Assembly (NCBI GenBank): GCA_963718235.1 | Contig: CAVQYR010000001.1 | Coordinates: forward strand, 288,001-352,000 | Length of the DNA: 64,000 bases | Direction of reading: 5' to 3' | Source: an uncultured Actinomycetota bacterium | GTDB taxonomy: Bacteria; Actinomycetota; Actinomycetes; JAHEKZ01 | In this document: positions 9,946-20,503 of the stretch, piece by piece | Position numbering within the stretch: the first letter of the stretch is position 1 | Layout of the letters: every line of letters starts with the position of its first letter | Translations under genes and position numbers: made by a program | Notes under the pieces: model-generated | Told to the model about the DNA's origin: nothing | The model's input: only the letters and a program-made list of their open reading frames with translations | The model's database searches: none

Positions 9946-10740
9946 GTGACGGCGCACCCCCTGGTCGTGGCGCACCGCGGCGCCTCGGAGACCGCGCCCG
10001 AGCACACCCTGGCCGCCTATCGCGAAGCCATCGAGGCCGGCGCCGACGGGCTCGAGGCCGATGTGCGCCTCACCGCCGACGGTCACCTCGTCTGCGTCCA
10101 CGACCGCCGGGTCGAGCGCACGTCCAACGGCTCCGGCGTGCTCTCGACGCTTCCGCTGTCCGAGCTCGAGCAGCTGGACTTCGGGTCGTGGAAGGACACC
10201 TGGGACGACGACGATGAGCCGGACCTCGACGACCCGGACCGACGCCAGGTCCTCACCTTCGAGCGGCTGCTGTCCCTGGTGCGCGACGCCGACCGAAGGA
10301 TCGAGCTGTTCGTCGAGACCAAGCACCCGACGCGCTACGGCGGCCTGGTCGAGCGGCGTCTCGTGGAGTCGTTGCGCCGCTTCGACCTGCTGCGGCCGCG
10401 CAACGGGCAGCCCAGCCAGGTTTCGCTGATGAGCTTCTCGGAGGTGGCGCTGCGGCGGATGCGGCGGATGGCGTCCGACCTGCCTCTGGTCTACCTGATG
10501 GAGCGGGTGCCGGTGATGTACCGGGCAGGGGCGCTGCCGCGCGGGGTGAGCGTGGCGGGCCCGTCGATCGACGTGGTGCGCAGGTACCCGCAGTACGTCC
10601 GACGCGTTCACGAGGGCGGGGGTCGGGTGTTCGTGTGGACGGTGGACGACCCGGCCGACGTCGTGCTCGCGCAGGAGGTCGGGGTGGAAGCGGTGATCAC
10701 CAACCGCCCACAGGCCGTGCTGCACCAGCTGGGCCGCTGA
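9946..10740 (+). CDS. Glycerophosphodiester phosphodiesterase
   Basis: VAHRGAS..PEHT, EADVRLTADG..VCVHD, VWTVD, ITNRP. Confidence 0.92.
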   Translation: MTAHPLVVAHRGASETAPEHTLAAYREAIEAGADGLEADVRLTADGHLVCVHDRRVERTSNGSGVLSTLPLSELEQLDFGSWKDTWDDDDEPDLDDPDRRQVLTFERLLSLVRDADRRIELFVETKHPTRYGGLVERRLVESLRRFDLLRPRNGQPSQVSLMSFSEVALRRMRRMASDLPLVYLMERVPVMYRAGALPRGVSVAGPSIDVVRRYPQYVRRVHEGGGRVFVWTVDDPADVVLAQEVGVEAVITNRPQAVLHQLGR

Positions 10741-10810
10741 CCCACGACCGCCGGAGACTGCCGTGGCCTATCGTCGTCACGTCAGGCGGGAGCGCGGGAG
10801 GGGGTCAGTC

Positions 10811-13597
10811 ATGACTAGCCCTCTGGTCGCGACCAAGCTGTTCGTTCCACGGCTGCGCCGCAGCGTCGTCCCACGTACGCGACTCACCTCACGGCTTCGC
10901 GGTACTGCCGAGACCAAGCTCACGTTGGTCTCGGCACCTGCAGGCTTCGGCAAGACGACTGCAGTGACGGCCTGGCTGTCAGCGTCGTCGGCCGAGGAGC
11001 ACGCCGTCGCGTGGGTCTCACTGGAGGACGGCGACGATCGCGCGGTCTCGTTCTGGACCTACGTGGCGGCGGCTCTGCAGGTGGCCGTACCTGAGGTCGG
11101 CGCTGGGTTGCTGCCCTTGCTGCAGTCCGGTCAGCATCCCACCCGTTCCTTGCTCACGACACTGGTCAACGAGATCGGGGACCAGGTCGTCGACATCGAT
11201 CTCGTTCTCGATGACTACCACCTCGCCGAGGGCCCCGAAGTGGCCGACGGGATGACCTACCTCCTCGACCACCTGCCGCCCAACCTGCGCATCGTCATCA
11301 GTACCCGCGTGGACCCCGACCTGCCGCTGGCTCGGCTGCGGGCTCACGGCGAGCTCGTCGAGGTCCGTGCTCGCGACCTACGGTTCACCGAGGACGAGAT
11401 CGCCGCCTACCTCACCGACGTCGGCGGTCTCAGCATCGGTGAGCCGGACCTAGCAACGCTCGCCGACAGGACTGAGGGGTGGGCGGCGGCCCTTCAGCTC
11501 GCGACCCTGTCGATGCAGGGTCGCGACGACGTCACGGGTTTCGTCGCTGGCTTTGCCGGGGACGACAGCTACGTTGTCGACTACCTCGTCGACGAGGTGC
11601 TCTCCCGGCAGTCCGACGAGGTGCGACAGTTCCTCCTTCGCACGTCGGTGCTCGAACGTCTCAGTGGCGATGTCTGCGACGCAGTGACCGGCCTCTCCAG
11701 TAGCCGCTCGATGCTCGAGTCGCTCGACAGATCCAACCTCTTCCTCGTGCGGCTCGACGACCGACGGCACTGGTACCGGTACCACCACTTGTTCGCCGAC
11801 GTCCTGCGGGCGCACCTCGACGCCGAAGATCCCGATGAGGCTCCGTTGCTGAACCGACGCGCGGCCGAATGGTACGCGACGGCCGGAGAGACAGTCCCAG
11901 CCGTGCGGCACGCACTGGCTGCCGGCGATATCGATCGTGCCGCAGAGCTCGTCGAGGCTGCCGTGCCCGCCCTGGGCCGAGCCCGCGCCGAGGCGACGCT
12001 GCGTGGCTGGGTCGACAGCTTCCCCCGCGAGGTGATCCGTCGCCGGCCGCTTCTAGCCCTCGGCCTGGTCGGGGGCCTCATGCAGAACAACGAGTTCGGC
12101 CAGGCCCAGGAGTTGCTCGGCGAGGTCGAGCGTTGGCTCCCTGCGATCCGCACGCGACTGGGACTCGCCGCCGATACGGACGACGAACCGGTCGACGGTG
12201 TACCGGGCGCGGCCGATCTGGTCTTCGTCGACCTCGACGCGCTCACGCGCGTTCCGGCGAACGTCGAGATGTACCGCGCGGCGCTAGCACTCGTGCACGG
12301 TGACCCGGCGGGTACGATCCGGCACGCGGAGCGCGTGCGGGTCGAGGCTGTGCCGGACGACAACCTGGCCCTTGGTGCTGCTGCAGCCCTGTCCGGCCTG
12401 GCGAGCTGGGCTACCGGCGACATTGAAGCGGCGTTTCAGCAGTACTCGACGTCGGTGGTCCATCTCCTCCGCGCCGGACACGTTTCAGACGTTCTTGGTT
12501 GCACGATCACGCTGGCGGACCTGCGTATCGCACAAGGCCGGCTCTCGGATGCCCTGAGGGCGTATGACGAGGGGTTGCGGCGTGCCGGCGATGACGTGGC
12601 GCCGTTGCGCGGCGCCGCCGACATGCACACCGGGCTTGCCGAGATCGCCCTCGAGCGAGGAGATCACGAGTCAGCGCGGCAGCATCTGCTGCGCAGCCGA
12701 GAGCTGGGCGACGCCCTCTCTCTGGGCCAGAACCCCTACCGGTTGAGGGCGTCGTCGGCCGCTCTGGCCGAAGCGGACGGCGACCTCGTTGCGGCCCGCG
12801 AACTCCTTGTGGAGGCGGAGCAGGTCTACCTCGGTGACTTCTCGCCCAACGTACGTCCCCTACACGCCCGGATCGCCCGCCTCGACATCGCACTCGACGA
12901 TCTCGACGCCGCGCTCACATGGGTCTCGGAGCACGACGTCACGGCCGACCAGGCGCTTTCCTACGCGCACGAGTTCGAGCATGTCACGCTGGCCGAGGTC
13001 CTGCTCGCGAGGTATCGGCTCGCTGGCGACCTGCTGGCCCTGGGCCAGTCTCGAAACCTCCTGGCACGGCTACTCGTCCAGGCAGAGAGTGGCGGGAGGA
13101 CTGCAACCACCCTCGACGTCCTGGTGCTCATGGCGCTGGGAGCCGACGCGGACCGTGATGTGACGACGGCCGACGCGACCCTGCGCCGCGCTGTGTCTCT
13201 GGCTGAAGTCGATGGTCACATCAGGGTCTTCGCCCGCCACGGTGCACGCCTGGCCCAGATGCTCGAACGGATCCTTGCCGGCAGTCCCTCGCCGTACGTG
13301 AAGCGACTGCTGAGCGCCGTCGCGCGCCGTTCGACGAAGCCGGCCCCACCCGCGGTGCCCAGCTCAACGGCCGTCCAGCGGATGGCCGGACTCGTCGATC
13401 CACTGAGCCCGCGCGAGCTCGAGGTGCTGCGACTGCTGGCCAGTGACCTGAACGGACCAGACATGGCCCGGCACCTCGTGGTCTCGGTGAACACGCTACG
13501 GACCCACACCAAGAACATCTACGCCAAGCTCGGTGTCACCAGCCGGCGTGCTGCCCTGCGCCGCGCACACGAGCTGGGCCTCCCGCTCAGCGGCTGA
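10811..13597 (+). CDS. MalT-like LuxR family ATP-dependent transcriptional regulator
   Basis: APAGFGKTT Walker A, VLDDYH, YRYHHLF, C-terminal LuxR HTH LSPRELEVL...HTKNIYAKLGV. Confidence 0.92.
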   Translation: MTSPLVATKLFVPRLRRSVVPRTRLTSRLRGTAETKLTLVSAPAGFGKTTAVTAWLSASSAEEHAVAWVSLEDGDDRAVSFWTYVAAALQVAVPEVGAGLLPLLQSGQHPTRSLLTTLVNEIGDQVVDIDLVLDDYHLAEGPEVADGMTYLLDHLPPNLRIVISTRVDPDLPLARLRAHGELVEVRARDLRFTEDEIAAYLTDVGGLSIGEPDLATLADRTEGWAAALQLATLSMQGRDDVTGFVAGFAGDDSYVVDYLVDEVLSRQSDEVRQFLLRTSVLERLSGDVCDAVTGLSSSRSMLESLDRSNLFLVRLDDRRHWYRYHHLFADVLRAHLDAEDPDEAPLLNRRAAEWYATAGETVPAVRHALAAGDIDRAAELVEAAVPALGRARAEATLRGWVDSFPREVIRRRPLLALGLVGGLMQNNEFGQAQELLGEVERWLPAIRTRLGLAADTDDEPVDGVPGAADLVFVDLDALTRVPANVEMYRAALALVHGDPAGTIRHAERVRVEAVPDDNLALGAAAALSGLASWATGDIEAAFQQYSTSVVHLLRAGHVSDVLGCTITLADLRIAQGRLSDALRAYDEGLRRAGDDVAPLRGAADMHTGLAEIALERGDHESARQHLLRSRELGDALSLGQNPYRLRASSAALAEADGDLVAARELLVEAEQVYLGDFSPNVRPLHARIARLDIALDDLDAALTWVSEHDVTADQALSYAHEFEHVTLAEVLLARYRLAGDLLALGQSRNLLARLLVQAESGGRTATTLDVLVLMALGADADRDVTTADATLRRAVSLAEVDGHIRVFARHGARLAQMLERILAGSPSPYVKRLLSAVARRSTKPAPPAVPSSTAVQRMAGLVDPLSPRELEVLRLLASDLNGPDMARHLVVSVNTLRTHTKNIYAKLGVTSRRAALRRAHELGLPLSG

Positions 13598-13625
13598 AGC
13601 GCAGCAGGGCGCCGACTCGCTCGCG

Positions 13626-13669
13626 GAGATCACCACCAAGATCACCAACTGTGGTGATCCGCGCTCACC
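13626..13669 (+). promoter_or_regulatory. Conserved ATCACC-repeat operator/promoter, copy 1
   Basis: GAGATCACC-n5-GATCACC-n5-TGGTGAT-n2-GCGCTCACC; same pattern at 15552. Confidence 0.75.
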
Positions 13670-13750
13670 CGCTCACTTCTTACCTTCCTTCTCGACACAC
13701 CGGCCGATCCGCTGTCGCGGACACCGCGCCGACCCGACAGGGGGAGCACC

Positions 13751-14032
13751 GTGGACAAGCCCACCGGACCCACCGGGCAGGACGGGATCCGCTACGCCGT
13801 CCGCCTGGCCGGCCACCTGCACGCGAGGTGGGCGGTGCGCTTCGAGGGCATGAGCCTCACGTATCGCGACGACGGCACGTCCGTGCTCGAGGGGGAGGTC
13901 ACGGACCAAGCCGCGCTGCACGGCGTGCTGCGCACCTTGCTTGGCCTCGGCCTTCCTCTGGTCTCGCTCACCCGGCTCGACGAGCCGGAGCCCACTACAG
14001 ATGTCCAGATCGACACCACAACGGGAGACTGA
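13751..14032 (+). CDS. Small conserved hypothetical protein of MalT-like regulator loci
   Basis: YAVRLAGHL..RW..RFEGM..G.VTDQAALHGVL..LGLPLVS; GGGGAG RBS. Confidence 0.75.
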   Translation: MDKPTGPTGQDGIRYAVRLAGHLHARWAVRFEGMSLTYRDDGTSVLEGEVTDQAALHGVLRTLLGLGLPLVSLTRLDEPEPTTDVQIDTTTGD

Positions 14033-14033
14033 C

Positions 14034-14768
14034 ATGACCACTACCGCCACGGCTACCGACCTCGCTGCACGACCGACGAGGGACTGGACCCGCGGAAATG
14101 CGCGCGTCGCGGGCATCGCCTACCTCGTGACCTTTGCCGCCTCGATCCCCGCGGTGCTCCTGCTCGGACCGATCCTCAACGACCCCAGCTACATCCTCAC
14201 CGGCAGCGCGGACACGCAGGTCGTCATCGCCTGTCTCCTCGACACCGTCAACGCCATAGCCTGCATCGCCACCGCGGTCGCCGTGTTCCCCGTCGTACGA
14301 CGACAGAACGAGTCGCTGGCCCTGGGATTCGTCACCTCGCGGGTGATGGAGGCCGCCGTCATCATGATCGGCATCGTCAGCCTCCTGGCCGTGGTCACGC
14401 TCCATCAGGACGTCACAGGCGCGACCGGAGCCGACGCTTCGTCACTGCAGGCTACCGGACAGGCCCTCGTCGTCGTTCGAGACTGGACGTTCCTCTTCGG
14501 ACCCAACGTGTGCGCGGCCATCAACGCCCTGCTGTTCGGCACCTTGCTCTACAGGTCGCGCCTCGTGCCCCGCATCATCCCGACCCTGGGCCTGGTCGGA
14601 GCACCCCTACTGCTCACCGCCAGCGCTCTTGCGGTGCTCGGGGTCGCCGAAGTCGGCTCCGCCTGGTTCGTCGGAGTGCTGCCCATCGCCGTCTGGGAGT
14701 TCTCCGTCGGCTGCTACATGGCGTTCAAGGGCTTCCGCCCTTCGGCTGTGACCGCGATCGCCCTCTGA
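14034..14768 (+). CDS. DUF4386-like membrane protein
   Basis: ARVAGIAYL, LYRSRLVPR, WEFSVG; multiple TM helices. Confidence 0.75.
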   Translation: MTTTATATDLAARPTRDWTRGNARVAGIAYLVTFAASIPAVLLLGPILNDPSYILTGSADTQVVIACLLDTVNAIACIATAVAVFPVVRRQNESLALGFVTSRVMEAAVIMIGIVSLLAVVTLHQDVTGATGADASSLQATGQALVVVRDWTFLFGPNVCAAINALLFGTLLYRSRLVPRIIPTLGLVGAPLLLTASALAVLGVAEVGSAWFVGVLPIAVWEFSVGCYMAFKGFRPSAVTAIAL

Positions 14769-14779
14769 CCCCTCGTCGC

Positions 14780-15018
14780 GTGACAGGCTTCCTGGGCCCA
14801 AACGGCGCCGGCCAGTCCACGACGATGCGCATCATCGTCGGCCTGACATCACCGACCTCAGGCGTCGCCCAGATCATGGGTCGGCGCTTCGCCGACCTAC
14901 CCAACCCCGGCCGCGAGGTAGGTGTCCTCCTCGACGCTCCTGCCCAGCACGCCGGCCGCACAGGGCGTGAGGTCCTCACCCTCGCTGCACGCACGATGGG
15001 CCTCCCGTCGGGCCGGGT
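14780..15018 (+). pseudogene. ABC transporter ATPase internal fragment
   Basis: VTGFLGPNGAGQSTTMR (Walker A K->Q); no N-terminus, signature motif or Walker B. Confidence 0.75.
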
Positions 15019-15474
15019 GCCGTCGTCAGCCAGCGCAACGTCGACCTTGCACATGATCTGGGCGCCGAGCGGGTCGTCGACTACAGCGTCGCCGACTTCA
15101 CAGAGTCTGCGGAGCAGTACGACGTCGTGCTCGACCTCGTCGGCAACCGGGGTCTCGATGACCTCCGGCGTGCTGCCCGTCATGGAGGCTCGCTTGTCCT
15201 CTCCGGCGGCGGGGTGCCGGGCACGGGGCGAGTTGTCGGCCCGTTCCGACTTCTCGTGCGGGCCCAACTCGCAGCACGTCGCTCCGAGGTCCGGATCCAG
15301 GTTCCGAAAGGCGCCCCGACGACCGATCGGTTCCAGCGACTGGCTGAGCTGGTTGGGTCTGGGCAGGTGACCCCCGTCATCGACCGCACGTACCCACTCG
15401 AGCGGGTCGCCGCCGCCGTGACCTACGTGGAGACGGTGCATCCGCAGGGCAAGGTCGTCATCCGGATGACCTGA
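15019..15474 (+). pseudogene. NAD(P)-dependent MDR/alcohol dehydrogenase-like C-terminal fragment
   Basis: DLGAERVVDY..YDVVLDLVG..VTPVIDRTYPLE..GKVVI; N-terminal domain missing. Confidence 0.75.
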
Positions 15475-15551
15475 CTGTCCGCCGCTTGTGGACTGTGCTC
15501 CCTCTCAGCCGGCGCCACCGTGCCTCCTGCGCGTGGTTCGTGCCATGTCGA

Positions 15552-15595
15552 GAGATCACCAAGCCGATCACCTCACCTGGTGATGTGCGCTCACC
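15552..15595 (+). promoter_or_regulatory. Conserved ATCACC-repeat operator/promoter, copy 2
   Basis: Same 44-bp pattern and spacing as 13626-13669, about 70 bp before ATG 15665. Confidence 0.75.
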
Positions 15596-15664
15596 ATCCC
15601 GATTCGTAGCGTCCCGACATCGCCGAGCGCTCAGCCCGGCCAACCGGCACGAAGGAGAACCCAC

Positions 15665-16366
15665 ATGACGATCACCCCTGCAAGCCTCATCCGAGCTTCC
15701 GGGCTGGCTGCCGCGGCCGCCGGCGCCATCTTCATTGGCGTTCAGGTCGGACACCCGCCGATGGATGTCGCAGTCGTCGACAGTGCGGACTGGGTGATCC
15801 GCAGCATCGCAAAGGTTGTGATGAGTGGCTTGGCGCTGGCCGGCATCACCGCGTTGTACGCACGTCAGGTCCGTCAGGTCGGGGTCCTCGGGCTGGTGGG
15901 CTACCTGCTCTTCGCGACCGCGTACCTGCTCATGCTGCCCGTTGAGATGATCGCAGCATTCGTCCTGCCGTCGTTGAGCCACGTTGCCCCCGAGTTCGTC
16001 GGCGACGTCCTGCTCGCCGCTTTCGGCGGCAGCCCGAACGGCGACCTGAGCCTGCTGCCTGCCTATCTGGCGGTCACCGGGCTCTTCTTCACGGTCGGCG
16101 GAGCGGTGTTCGGCATCGCGCTGTTCCGCGCTGCGATCGTCGCTCGCTGGGCGGCTGCTCTGCTTGCGATGAGCACCACCGCGACCCTTCTGCTTGCGGT
16201 GCTCCCCGACTCGCTCAACCGGCCGATGGCGGTCCCGACCGGCGTGGCGCTCGTCGGCCTCGGAGTGTCGCTGTGGCGTGGCAGGGACGACGACGGCAAC
16301 GCAGCGGTTGGGACGCGTTCCACCGAGACATCGGTGACGGTCACATCTGCACCGGCGGTCCCTTGA
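15665..16366 (+). CDS. Hypothetical multi-pass membrane protein
   Basis: AAGGAG RBS; about 6 hydrophobic segments. Confidence 0.75.
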   Translation: MTITPASLIRASGLAAAAAGAIFIGVQVGHPPMDVAVVDSADWVIRSIAKVVMSGLALAGITALYARQVRQVGVLGLVGYLLFATAYLLMLPVEMIAAFVLPSLSHVAPEFVGDVLLAAFGGSPNGDLSLLPAYLAVTGLFFTVGGAVFGIALFRAAIVARWAAALLAMSTTATLLLAVLPDSLNRPMAVPTGVALVGLGVSLWRGRDDDGNAAVGTRSTETSVTVTSAPAVP

Positions 16367-16412
16367 GCCTGCTCCACGCTGGGCCGCTGACCCGACGGCT
16401 TAGGCTTCGAGG

Positions 16413-17363
16413 ATGGGTCAGCGATCGGCGCGAGGCGCCACAGGTACGTCCGAGGTCGAGGTCGCAGTGGTCGGGCTGCGCGAGCCGTGCCCGTGCGGCT
16501 CGGGTCGTCGGTACAAGGCCTGTCACGGGCGGGCGGCCGCCCGGCAGGAGCACGTGCGCGTCCTGCGCCCCTTCGAGGGGCTGGCTGGCGAGGCCGACTG
16601 GGTGGCCATGCGCGAGCTCGTGCCGGCGGGCACGGCCGCGCTCACGCTGGTCGGCGACCATGCCGACCGCCAGGTGACGCTGGCGACGGTCTTGCCGATG
16701 GCCTGGCCGGCGATGGTCCGACCCGATGGCCGCATCCTGCTGGCCACACAGCTCCAGACCTCCTCCGCCGACGTGTCCCGCGAGCTCGGCGACGCCCTGG
16801 CCAGGGCTCTCCAGCTCGACGGGGGTGGCGCGGTGCCGCCGCGGCCGGTCCCGGCGGAGGCGCCGCGCCTGCAGGGGTTGCTCGACGTCGACGCGCCGCT
16901 GCACGTCGTCGTCCACTCCGGGTTCGACTACTGGCTCGACGAGAGCGAGGACGTCGACGACGACACCCGGGCGTCGCTGGAGCGGGCCAACGAGGCCGTG
17001 ACCCCCACCGCACGGCTCGCTGGGGTCGAGGCCGCGTACTGGGTGTCCTTGGGCGGCCGCCGGCAGGTCCGGTGGGTGTTGCCCCAGCCCGAGGACGACG
17101 TCGTCGACGCGTTCGCCCGGCTCGAGGCGGCCGGCACCCTGGCGGTGCTGCCGGAGTCGCGTTACCTCGGGTCGTTTCGTGCGCTCGGGCTGGCGATCCC
17201 GGTGTGGGACCTGCCCGACGACACGGAGGTGGACGACGTCGAGGAGCCCGCGATCGCCTTCGCCGCCCGCCTCGCTGAGGCGCTGGGCGAGACTGCGCCG
17301 CTCACCGCTGACGAGCGACGGGCCCGATCTGCGGTCCGGGCCAGGCAGCTCACCGTGCAGTAA
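16413..17363 (+). CDS. SEC-C motif protein (DUF5926-like)
   Basis: REPCPCGSGRRYKACHG, EADWVAMRELVP, GSFRALGLAIPVWDL. Confidence 0.85.
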   Translation: MGQRSARGATGTSEVEVAVVGLREPCPCGSGRRYKACHGRAAARQEHVRVLRPFEGLAGEADWVAMRELVPAGTAALTLVGDHADRQVTLATVLPMAWPAMVRPDGRILLATQLQTSSADVSRELGDALARALQLDGGGAVPPRPVPAEAPRLQGLLDVDAPLHVVVHSGFDYWLDESEDVDDDTRASLERANEAVTPTARLAGVEAAYWVSLGGRRQVRWVLPQPEDDVVDAFARLEAAGTLAVLPESRYLGSFRALGLAIPVWDLPDDTEVDDVEEPAIAFAARLAEALGETAPLTADERRARSAVRARQLTVQ

Positions 17364-17458
17364 GCGCGCTGCCGGTAGGGGCGGAGCTCCCCTAGTGTTC
17401 CCCCAGTGTTGTCGCGGGGCTCGCTCGGTCCCGCCCAGGAACGGAGAGGCTCGGGGCC

Positions 17459-19450
17459 ATGGAGTTCGCGCACTTCCACGCGTTGGGCAAGACGCCGTCG
17501 TCGGCGACATCGGCCGTGCGCGTGGCGCAGAGAGCGCAGCTGCCGTTCGATGATGAGCGTGACTTCGACGAGGCACGCCGGGGTTTCCTCGCAGCTCCGC
17601 CGTACCGGCAGATCATGGCTGAGGCCGGTCACGTCGCCTGGGACATGGGCAGCTACGACTTCTTGCTCTCGGGCAACGACTTCGAGTCGATCCACCCGTC
17701 GCTGCAGCGTCAGGCGATCCTCAACATGGAGTACGGCCTGTTCGAGGTCGTCCCGGACCGGATCTACCAGGTGCGTGGCTTCGACCTGGCGAACATCTCC
17801 TTCATCCGTTCCGACACCGGATGGATCGTCTTCGACCCGCTGACGGCGAAAGAGACCGCAGCAGCCGCGCTGGCGCTGGTGAACGAGCAGCTGGGTGCCA
17901 GGCCCGTGGTGGCGGTGGTGTACTCCCACTCTCACGGGGACCACTTCGGTGGCGCGCACGGCGTCGTGGACGAGGCCGACGTCCGCTCGGGAAAGGTCCC
18001 GGTCATCGCACCGGTGGGGTTCCTCGAGCACGCGGTCGCCGAGAACGTGTATGCCGGCAACGCGATGAACCGGCGCATGTTCTACCAGTACGGCTCGTTG
18101 CTCGACCGAAGCCCGTTCGGTCACGTGGACCAAGCGATCGGCAAGGGTGTCGCCGCCGGCACCTCGGGGCTCATCCCTCCCACGATCGACATCGTGGAGG
18201 ACATCGAGGAGCGCACGATCGATGGCGTTCGCATGGTGTTCCAGAACACGCCGGGCACCGAGGCCCCGGCCGAGATGAACACCTGGTTCCCCGATCACCG
18301 GGCGTTCTGGGCGGCGGAGAACATCGTCGCGACGGTCCACAACATCTACACCCTGCGCGGCGCCCTCGTGCGCGACGCCCTGGAGTGGTCGCGCCAGATC
18401 AACAAGGCCCTCTACCTGTTCGGGGACGACGCCGAAGTCATGTTCGCCTCGCACACCTGGCCGAGATGGGGCAACGAGCGCATCCGCGAGGTCATGCGCA
18501 CCCAGCGAGACGTATACGCCCACCTGAACAACGGCGTGATGCACCTGGCCAACCAGGGGGTCACGATCAACGAGATCCACCGGGTCTACCAGGTCCCGGA
18601 GTCGCTGCAGAACAGCTGGGCTGCGCGCAGCTACCACGGGTCCGTGGAGCACAACTCCCGCGCGGTGATCAACCGTTACCTCGGATACTGGGATGGCAAC
18701 CCGGCCACCCTGATCCCGCTGGCGCCGCGGGAGTCCGCGCCGCTGTACGTGGAGATGATGGGCGGCGCCGACACCATCGTGAGCCGGGCGCAGCAGCTGT
18801 TCGAGGCCGGTGACTACCTGCTGGCGGTCGAGGTCCTCAACCGGCTCGTCTACGCGGAGCCGGAGCACGTGGCAGGGCGCCGGCTGCTCGCCGACGCCTT
18901 CGAGCAGATCGGCTACCAGCAGGAGAGCCCCAGCGTGCGCAACAGCTTCCTCGCCGCCGCCCTGGAGCTGCGGTCCGGCATACCCGCTGGTGCCGCCCCC
19001 AACAGCACGGGGCCCGATCTGGTCCGTGCTCTCAGCACGCTGCAGTTCCTGGACTATCTCGGGATCCGGCTGGACTCCGCCGCAGTGGGCGACGCCGCCT
19101 TCGTGATGAACCTGGTGACGCCGGACAACGGGGAGCGCTTCGTCGTGGAGCTGAGCAACGGCACCCTGACCAGCCTGCAGGGCTTCTTGTCCTCCACGCC
19201 GGATCTCACGCTGACGATCAACCGGGCAGACCTGGAGAAGGCGATGATCGGGGTCGTCCCGTTGCAGCAGCAGGTGGCCAGCGGAACCGCGGTGCTGGAG
19301 GGGGACGCGAGCATCCTGCTCACGCTCGCCGGCGTGTTGACGCAGTTCGAACCCACCTTCGCCATCATGCCCGGCACCACTCCCGACGCAGCCGCGGTAC
19401 CGGCGGACGCGTTCGCATACCGCGATCTCGGCGACAGCACTGGTGGCTGA
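17459..19450 (+). CDS. Alkyl sulfatase (SdsA1/BDS1-like MBL fold with SCP2-like C-terminus)
   Basis: YQVRGFDLAN, HSHGDHFGG, TPGTEAPAEM, HNIYTLRGA.VRD. Confidence 0.92.
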   Translation: MEFAHFHALGKTPSSATSAVRVAQRAQLPFDDERDFDEARRGFLAAPPYRQIMAEAGHVAWDMGSYDFLLSGNDFESIHPSLQRQAILNMEYGLFEVVPDRIYQVRGFDLANISFIRSDTGWIVFDPLTAKETAAAALALVNEQLGARPVVAVVYSHSHGDHFGGAHGVVDEADVRSGKVPVIAPVGFLEHAVAENVYAGNAMNRRMFYQYGSLLDRSPFGHVDQAIGKGVAAGTSGLIPPTIDIVEDIEERTIDGVRMVFQNTPGTEAPAEMNTWFPDHRAFWAAENIVATVHNIYTLRGALVRDALEWSRQINKALYLFGDDAEVMFASHTWPRWGNERIREVMRTQRDVYAHLNNGVMHLANQGVTINEIHRVYQVPESLQNSWAARSYHGSVEHNSRAVINRYLGYWDGNPATLIPLAPRESAPLYVEMMGGADTIVSRAQQLFEAGDYLLAVEVLNRLVYAEPEHVAGRRLLADAFEQIGYQQESPSVRNSFLAAALELRSGIPAGAAPNSTGPDLVRALSTLQFLDYLGIRLDSAAVGDAAFVMNLVTPDNGERFVVELSNGTLTSLQGFLSSTPDLTLTINRADLEKAMIGVVPLQQQVASGTAVLEGDASILLTLAGVLTQFEPTFAIMPGTTPDAAAVPADAFAYRDLGDSTGG

Positions 19451-19536
19451 CCGTCCACGGCTGCGCGGGCTGGTCGGCCCCACCCGGCTGCGGCCGGACC
19501 TCTGCGCGCAGCGGCAGCGTCTCGCCACGGACGTCG

Positions 19537-20340
19537 TCAGTCGCCCTGGCTGCCTCGGGCGAGTCGCTGGAGCTGCCCGGCGTGCACATCGCCCACCCAC
19601 TCCCAGCCCGGCTGTGCCGACTCACCGACCCGCGGGTCGGTGAAGACACGGGGGTCACTCAGGGCCTGCACATACGCCCGATCCTGGTCGATCCGTGCCT
19701 GCACCTGGTCAGCTCGGCCGACGGACCCATGGCCCGGGACGAGGACGTCGACGTCGCCCGCAACGCTCTCGAGCAGCCGAAGCGCCATCAGGTAGTCCTC
19801 GACCGGGTCAGCAGCTCCGTTCACGTCGAGCATCGGAACCAGGACGTCGGAGAGCATGTCGCCGGCGACGAGGACCCCACGTTCCTCGATCAACAGACCC
19901 GCGTGGCCCGGGGCATGCGCCTGATGCTCCATGATCCGGACGTGAGGGCCATCCCAAGGAACCCGAGCAGTCTCGGCGGGCAGGCTGATGACTTCGCCGA
20001 GCAGGTCCAGCGGCACCTGCTCGGGGATGCCGAGTCGACGTGAGTCGATCCCGCCCGACAACCGATCTCGGGCAGTAGCGGCACAGCGCGCCGTTCCGTA
20101 ACGAGGCGGCGCGCCGAGCCTGGCGTGCCAGAGCAGATGATCCCAGTGCGGATGCGTCGAGAAGCCCGCCACGACGGTCTGGCCCGAGTCGGACAGGTCG
20201 TTCGCGAGGCAGTCCAGCTCGTCGCCGTGCACCCCGGGGTCAATGAGCAACACGCCAGCCCGGCCTTGCACCACGACAGCGTTGCTCTGGCAGAACTCGC
20301 TCTCGTGGATCAGCACCCCCTCCGCAACCTGCTTCAGCAC
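19537..20340 (-). CDS. MBL fold metallo-hydrolase
   Basis: THPHWDH, HAPGH, AGDMLSD, VPGHG; GAGGAG RBS. Confidence 0.88.
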   Translation of the reverse strand: MLKQVAEGVLIHESEFCQSNAVVVQGRAGVLLIDPGVHGDELDCLANDLSDSGQTVVAGFSTHPHWDHLLWHARLGAPPRYGTARCAATARDRLSGGIDSRRLGIPEQVPLDLLGEVISLPAETARVPWDGPHVRIMEHQAHAPGHAGLLIEERGVLVAGDMLSDVLVPMLDVNGAADPVEDYLMALRLLESVAGDVDVLVPGHGSVGRADQVQARIDQDRAYVQALSDPRVFTDPRVGESAQPGWEWVGDVHAGQLQRLARGSQGD

Positions 20341-20503
20341 GGGTGGCTCCTCTCGGCGGTGTCCGGACGAGTTTCGCCGGAACCGTAGCGGCATCGGTTG
20401 ATGGACTCCGCAGATGCCCGATGCCTGACACCCCTCTCGGAGCCCCCGCCTCGACAAGTCCCGGCTGGCCAGAGAAACCCTCTGCACTGCTAGCGTCGAC
20501 GGC

